NCBI GenBank assembly: GCA_002718895.1
Contig: PBGD01000019.1
Span: forward strand, 29,826 to 93,825
Direction of reading: 5' to 3'
DNA: 64,000 bases
Source: Flavobacteriales bacterium
GTDB taxonomy: Bacteria; Bacteroidota; Bacteroidia; Flavobacteriales; TMED113
This document shows positions 58,835-64,000 of this stretch, piece by piece. Below the pieces are notes generated by a model that was not told the origin of the DNA, did not search any database, and saw only the letters and a program-made list of their open reading frames with translations. Every line of letters starts with the position of its first letter. Within the stretch, counting starts at the first letter, position 1. The position numbers and the translations under genes are program-made.

Positions 58835-60624
58835 AGCGGTATGATCTATATGCACACAGAAAATATCCAATTATAATAATAATAATAATATGTATTTTTT
58901 TAATTATAGTTAAGTTATTTATAATTCAAATTATTGATAAATCTTACAAATTATCTGCAGAAAATAATACTATAAGAAAAATAATTCAATACCCTGAAAG
59001 AGGATGGATTTATGATAGAAATAACACTTTACTAGTGTCAAACCAAAGAGGTCATGATATCATGATTTCACCTTATCAAGTTGAAAGTCAAATTGACACT
59101 TCTTTTTTTTGTGAAATTTTTCAAATCAGCAAATCTGATTTTCTCAGAAGAATTAAACAAGCAAAACAATATTCGTATTATAAACCATCCATCTTTATAA
59201 AGAATATTGAAAAAAATAAATTTGCTGACATTCAAGAGTACCTATATAGATTTAAGGGGTTTTTCTCACAACCTAGGTATATTAGGGAATATAATACAAA
59301 TTCTGGGGGAAATATTTTTGGTTACACCAGTCTGATTTCGTATGAAGAACTTTTAAACAACAAAGCTTATGATAGAAATGATATGATAGGTGTGACAGGA
59401 ATTGAAAAAGTTTTTGAAACAAAACTAAAAGGGGAAAAAGGGGTGCAGAGAAAAATAGTTGATGTATTTGGCAAATATCAAGGTGATTTCCAAAATGGGA
59501 AATATGATACGCTACCGAAAAAAGGACAAGACATTAAAATTACTATTGATATAATATTACAAGAATATGCAGAAAAACTTATGAGCAATAAGCGCGGAAG
59601 TATAGTTGCGATTGAACCTGAATCTGGTGAGATATTGTGTCTATTATCTAGCCCAAGTTATAGTCCTAAAATGTTTATAGGTAAAAATCGAAGTAAAAAT
59701 TTTAGGGATCTATTTATTCATCCAGGCAAACCTCTATATGATAGATCTACTTCAGCACTATATCCGCCTGGTTCTATATTTAAACTTTTGAATGCTTTAA
59801 TTGGGCTCCAAGAAAAGAAAATTAATCCAGAACAACTTATAAAATGTAATCTAGGTTGGAATTATAAATCTAGACTCAATATTGGGTGTCACGAACACAA
59901 ATCACCGCTAAATTTAAATCAAGCAATTGCCCAATCATGCAATGCATACTTTTGTGAAACATTTATTAAAATAATTCAAGATTCACCAAGCAAAAATCTG
60001 GATAAATGGAAAAATTACATTGAGTCATTTGGCCTTAATCAAACATTTCAAAATGATTTATACAATGAAAAAAAAGGATTTATACCTAATGCTAAATACT
60101 ATGATAATCTATATGGCAAAAAAAGATGGGGAGCACCTACATGTGTTTCATTAGCTATTGGTCAAGATGCCATATTAATGACACCAATACAAATGGCTAA
60201 TTTAACAGCAACTATAGCTAATAAAGGATTTTATCGAATTCCACACATCGTCAAACAAGATAGTTTAGTAGAAAAAATGAAATGCTTAATAGACTCTAAT
60301 TACTTTGAACCAGTGATTTATGGTATGGTAAATGCTATAGAAGATCAGTATGGAACTGCTAAGCTAGGTGTGATAAATGATTTAGAAATCGGTGGAAAAA
60401 CAGGAACGGCACAAAATCCACATGGTTCAGACCATTCAGTTTTTATTGCTTTTGCTCCTATAAGTAAACCGAAAATAGCTATTGCGGTATTTGTAGAAAA
60501 TGGTGGTTGGGGAAGTGAAATGGCCGTGCCAATAGGTAGCCTTTGTATTGAAAAATATTTATTAAAAAATATTCAAAGAAAAAAGTTAGAAGATAGAATG
60601 ATTAAGACTAAAATCAATTACTAA
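58831..60624 (+). CDS. mrdA: Penicillin-binding protein 2 (elongasome transpeptidase)
   Basis: 597 aa. SxxK in PPGSIFK and KTG in GGKTGTAQ. Followed by rodA. Confidence 0.92.
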   Translation: MKRYDLYAHRKYPIIIIIIICIFLIIVKLFIIQIIDKSYKLSAENNTIRKIIQYPERGWIYDRNNTLLVSNQRGHDIMISPYQVESQIDTSFFCEIFQISKSDFLRRIKQAKQYSYYKPSIFIKNIEKNKFADIQEYLYRFKGFFSQPRYIREYNTNSGGNIFGYTSLISYEELLNNKAYDRNDMIGVTGIEKVFETKLKGEKGVQRKIVDVFGKYQGDFQNGKYDTLPKKGQDIKITIDIILQEYAEKLMSNKRGSIVAIEPESGEILCLLSSPSYSPKMFIGKNRSKNFRDLFIHPGKPLYDRSTSALYPPGSIFKLLNALIGLQEKKINPEQLIKCNLGWNYKSRLNIGCHEHKSPLNLNQAIAQSCNAYFCETFIKIIQDSPSKNLDKWKNYIESFGLNQTFQNDLYNEKKGFIPNAKYYDNLYGKKRWGAPTCVSLAIGQDAILMTPIQMANLTATIANKGFYRIPHIVKQDSLVEKMKCLIDSNYFEPVIYGMVNAIEDQYGTAKLGVINDLEIGGKTGTAQNPHGSDHSVFIAFAPISKPKIAIAVFVENGGWGSEMAVPIGSLCIEKYLLKNIQRKKLEDRMIKTKINY

Positions 60625-61878
60625 ATGGATGTGTTGAAAAAAAATAGAATTGATTTAACGACTATTTTAATGTATTTAATATTGATTTTTTTTGGGTGCC
60701 TTAGTATCTACTCAAGTAGTTATAACAATATAAATGATCACTTATTATTGTTAGAAAGTGCATCTGGTAAACAAATATTATTCATTGGTATTTCTATTTT
60801 TTTAAGTTGTTTTATATTATTAATTGATGTGAGAATTATCTACAGATTATCATATTTGATTTATTTCATTTCTATCATATCTCTTTTTTTGGTATTAATC
60901 TTTGGCAAAGAAGTAGGAGGTGCAAAAGCGTGGTTTAGTTTAGGGCCATTCAGTCTTCAGCCAGCTGAATTTGCAAAAATAGGAACTGTAATTGCTATAG
61001 CAAAAGTGATAAATGACCAAAATATATACTTAGACAGTTTCAAGAATTTAATCAAAATAGTCTTAATTATAATGATACCTTGTTCTTTAATATTGTTGCA
61101 GCCTGATGCAGGGTCTTGTTTAGTTTTTGGATCTTTATTTTTTGTTTTTTACAGAGAAGGCCTAAGTAGTAAATATGTTATTGTTGTAATTTCTATAGCT
61201 ATAATTTCGTTATGCACAATAATTTTTGGTCAGGTTACAACTTTATTAATTTTATTTTTATTAACATTTATTATCATCCATTTATTTAAAAAAAATAAAA
61301 ATCGTTTTTTTATTTCACTCATATTCTTCATTACGTTTACAATAATAAGTAGTATTGTTAATTTTACATATGAAAACTTATTGGGACAGCATCAAAAAGA
61401 AAGAATTGATTTGATAATAGGCAAAGAGAAAAATACCCTTGGATCAGGCTATAATTTAAATCAGTCCCTTATTGCAATTGGATCAGGCCAATACTTCGGT
61501 AAAGGCTATCTAAAAGGAACACAGACAAAAGGAAATTTCATACCTGAACAAAATACAGACTTTATCTTTTGCACAATTGGAGAAGAATTTGGATTTTTAG
61601 GAAGTATAGTCACTTTAAGCTTATTTCTTTCTCTAATTTTGAGAATTGTTATACTTAGTGAGAAACAAACATCAAGATTCAGTAGAATTTTTGGTTATTC
61701 ATTGGCATCAATTTTATTTGCACATACCTTGATAAATATTGGAATGACTATTGGCCTAGTCCCAGTCATAGGAATACCATTACCCTTTTTTAGTTATGGT
61801 GGTTCATCTATGTTAGCCTTCTCTATTTTTCTTGCTATATTTTTAAAATTAGATTCTTGCAGACTGGAAAGATTTTAA
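60625..61878 (+). CDS. rodA: Peptidoglycan glycosyltransferase RodA (SEDS family)
   Basis: 417 aa and polytopic. Contains IPEQNTDFIF and GIPLPFFSYGGSS. Starts on the nucleotide after the mrdA stop. Confidence 0.92.
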   Translation: MDVLKKNRIDLTTILMYLILIFFGCLSIYSSSYNNINDHLLLLESASGKQILFIGISIFLSCFILLIDVRIIYRLSYLIYFISIISLFLVLIFGKEVGGAKAWFSLGPFSLQPAEFAKIGTVIAIAKVINDQNIYLDSFKNLIKIVLIIMIPCSLILLQPDAGSCLVFGSLFFVFYREGLSSKYVIVVISIAIISLCTIIFGQVTTLLILFLLTFIIIHLFKKNKNRFFISLIFFITFTIISSIVNFTYENLLGQHQKERIDLIIGKEKNTLGSGYNLNQSLIAIGSGQYFGKGYLKGTQTKGNFIPEQNTDFIFCTIGEEFGFLGSIVTLSLFLSLILRIVILSEKQTSRFSRIFGYSLASILFAHTLINIGMTIGLVPVIGIPLPFFSYGGSSMLAFSIFLAIFLKLDSCRLERF

Positions 61879-63728
61879 TAAAAATTAAATCTATTATCTT
61901 TGATTTTCTTATCTGACTTTAAAGATTCAATTAGTTGTTCATCTATATCTTGATGATGTGTTCTTTCTATTACTGATTTATATCTATCTAAATTGGTGGG
62001 GAAGTTCAACTTACTCTCTTTTGTTTTATAAAAAACAAAAACACCACTTTGACTAATATATGGTTTAGAAACCTGATCTATTTGGGAGCTAAAAAAACTT
62101 CCTATTACACCTGGATCAACTGATAAATCTCCAATAGAATTCTGATTAATTTTTAATTGACTCGCTTTTTTTAATGGGTAATTTAACTCTCTAGATAAAT
62201 CTTCTATTGATTCATATTTAGAATTGTTAATTTTCTCTACTATTGAAAAAGATTTATTTCTCACATATAATTCATTAAAAATATCACTATATACATCATT
62301 AAAATCTTTTGTCTCTTCTTCTGATATATTAGATAAAAATGCTACAACGTATTTATTTTGAAAATCAAAAAACTTGGCCTCATTGAGTTGGGTGTTTTCA
62401 TCAAATAACCATCTGACAACTTGTCTACTTGATCCAAGACCAGATACAGACTCATCCATTTTTTCTAAGCTTACAACCCTGGGTCTTAATTTTGTTTTTT
62501 CTAGCACTTCATCAATACTTTGAGACTGATTATTATTTTCAATAAAATCATAAACTTGTGAATATATCTCATTTAAGGTTTCATCACTTGCATATAGCTC
62601 TCTTTCTAAAAAAACAATTGTGACACTATCAGAATTAGAACTTATCACTCGTCCCATTTTACAAAATCCATCTTCAAAAAATGGTTTAATTATAGTCCCA
62701 GCTCCACCAATACCATTTTCAAAGTTGTAGTTATTTAGATACTTTTCACCTAAATCAATTAGTGACATTTTAATCTCTGAATATCTATTATCTCCAAATT
62801 CATTAATAAAATTATTGAGATTATCCGAATTTTGAAATCCTAATTGCAATTCTTTTTGTGAAGTTTTTTTATTATAAATCTCTCTATCTAAAATTAAATC
62901 ACTCATTTCCTTCTGGATAATAGACTTGTCATTATCGCTAGGTTCAAGATTAAAAATAAAATATGTTAATTCTCTAGATGGAATATTAGAATATTTAGAT
63001 TTATTTTTTTTGTAAAAATTTTTAATTTCATCTTCAGATGGGTTAAATGTTTCATCTTCAGTTAAAAGACAGGGGATATAAATAAATTTTCCGTCAATTG
63101 ACTTTGTTTGATCTTCATAATAACTTTTGGCATCTATGGTAGTTGAGTTTACTCCTTTTTTGACTGCAGTATAATATTTTTCAAAAGCCCTATCTCTAAC
63201 AGTATTATCTTTAAAATATAAATATCTGGGCCATTGTGGATTATCTGTACCCATGCTAATCCAATCATCAATTAAATCTGGAGTATACTGATTCCATTCG
63301 CCATTTTCAGTTTGCTCTCTAAAAAAAAAGCTAAATAATTGAGCTTGACCATTGTGAATCTCTCCTGAAATCATATCCCATATTTCAGATTTACTCACAG
63401 TAACTCCTGACTGATCAAATTTTTCTTCTAAAATGATTTCTTTGATTTTTTGATCCCATAATAAGTTTCGCTCACTTGTTCTTTGTTGATCTGTGACATT
63501 TACAGTGCCAAAATTTGACATGAACTTGATATTAAGAGAGTTTTCTAATTCCTTTTCAAAGTTTGTAAAAGTAACATCAATATCATCTATCTCTAATAAT
63601 ATATTTTGCTCTTTTTGAAACAAAGAACTTCCTGAGTTCATTAAATCAGTTAAAATAAAACCAAGCATAGCAACTCCTATTACTAGGATCAATAAGCCTG
63701 ATTTTTTTCTTATATCATTTAAGGTCAT
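61875..63728 (-). CDS. PpiD/SurA-like periplasmic chaperone; I could not recognise a parvulin PPIase signature
   Basis: 617 aa. N-terminal anchor KKSGLLILVIGVAMLGFILTDL, followed by SurA_N-like and PpiD-like regions. Confidence 0.7.
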   Translation of the reverse strand: MTLNDIRKKSGLLILVIGVAMLGFILTDLMNSGSSLFQKEQNILLEIDDIDVTFTNFEKELENSLNIKFMSNFGTVNVTDQQRTSERNLLWDQKIKEIILEEKFDQSGVTVSKSEIWDMISGEIHNGQAQLFSFFFREQTENGEWNQYTPDLIDDWISMGTDNPQWPRYLYFKDNTVRDRAFEKYYTAVKKGVNSTTIDAKSYYEDQTKSIDGKFIYIPCLLTEDETFNPSEDEIKNFYKKNKSKYSNIPSRELTYFIFNLEPSDNDKSIIQKEMSDLILDREIYNKKTSQKELQLGFQNSDNLNNFINEFGDNRYSEIKMSLIDLGEKYLNNYNFENGIGGAGTIIKPFFEDGFCKMGRVISSNSDSVTIVFLERELYASDETLNEIYSQVYDFIENNNQSQSIDEVLEKTKLRPRVVSLEKMDESVSGLGSSRQVVRWLFDENTQLNEAKFFDFQNKYVVAFLSNISEEETKDFNDVYSDIFNELYVRNKSFSIVEKINNSKYESIEDLSRELNYPLKKASQLKINQNSIGDLSVDPGVIGSFFSSQIDQVSKPYISQSGVFVFYKTKESKLNFPTNLDRYKSVIERTHHQDIDEQLIESLKSDKKIKDNRFNFY

Positions 63729-63758
63729 AGTTTTAATTTTAAGGATACGAATATACGA

Positions 63759-64000
63759 CTATTTCTCTAAAGAGACATTAAGAATTACCTCTTCAATAAA
63801 ATTATCAACAATTTTAATAACTTTAAATTCATAGTTTTTAAAACGTATAATTTCTTTATTCTTTGGTATTCTATCAATTTGATTAATGATATAACCATTT
63901 AATGTGTCATAGTCTTCGGATAATTCAAAATCTAAATTATATAATTCATTTAATTGTTCTATTTTAGATTTGCCAAGAAAAAAATATTTATTTTCATCTA
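63759..64000 (-). CDS. C-terminal CorC_HlyC (transporter-associated) domain of a CNNM/CorC/GldE-type CBS protein; the 5' part lies outside the window
   Basis: My own translation of the minus strand gives ...DENKYFFLGKSKIEQLNELYNLDFELSEDYDTLNGYIINQIDRIPKNKEIIRFKNYEFKVIKIVDNFIEEVILNVSLEK, with a TAG stop at 63759-63761. It is not in the ORF track because it is truncated. Confidence 0.6.
   Translation of the reverse strand, partial: DENKYFFLGKSKIEQLNELYNLDFELSEDYDTLNGYIINQIDRIPKNKEIIRFKNYEFKVIKIVDNFIEEVILNVSLEK

Overview
This window is an AT-rich, very gene-dense chromosomal segment that reads as core genome of a Flavobacteriia (Bacteroidota) bacterium, probably a free-living aquatic lineage with a streamlined genome. 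Four things support that. (1) Synteny: alternative complex III actAB lies next to infB-nusA; rplM-rpsI-rpsB-tsf-pyrH-frr are together; so are pdxJ, a CBS protein, nadK and uppS-bamA-skp-skp-murI, and purH-mreBCD-mrdA-rodA. (2) Two secreted proteins carry T9SS C-terminal sorting domains. (3) The TonB-dependent receptors have CarboxypepD_reg-like N-termini. (4) There are TTG-N19-20-TAnnTTTG promoter-like motifs. I call 61 protein-coding genes, 3 tRNAs (Gln-UUG, Ser-GGA, and a CAU tRNA that is Met or Ile2) and a handful of low-confidence promoter and terminator motifs. Two of the genes are cut by the window edges and so are missing from the ORF track. By my own tally from the coordinates, only about 1.8 kb (roughly 3 percent) lies outside genes, and five convergent gene pairs overlap at their stop codons. 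I saw no CRISPR array, transposase, integrase, phage gene, toxin-antitoxin pair, restriction-modification gene or recognisable defence gene. The only accessory-looking locus is 37.9-44.0 kb, a tight three-gene operon: a secreted lamin-tail-domain (LTD) protein with a T9SS tail, a TonB-dependent receptor with no SusD partner, and a multidomain Endonuclease I with a T9SS tail. I read it as a candidate outer-membrane system for capturing, degrading and importing extracellular DNA; this is a hypothesis, not a demonstrated function. The second most interesting spot is the nusA leader at 7.1-7.35 kb. There rimP is absent, a tRNA-Gln sits upstream, and a weak hairpin plus U-tract lies about 12 nt before the nusA start, which could be a NusA-sensing attenuator. 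Everything else looks like ordinary housekeeping. All calls rest on motif and architecture recognition by eye; no database search, folding or statistics were run.
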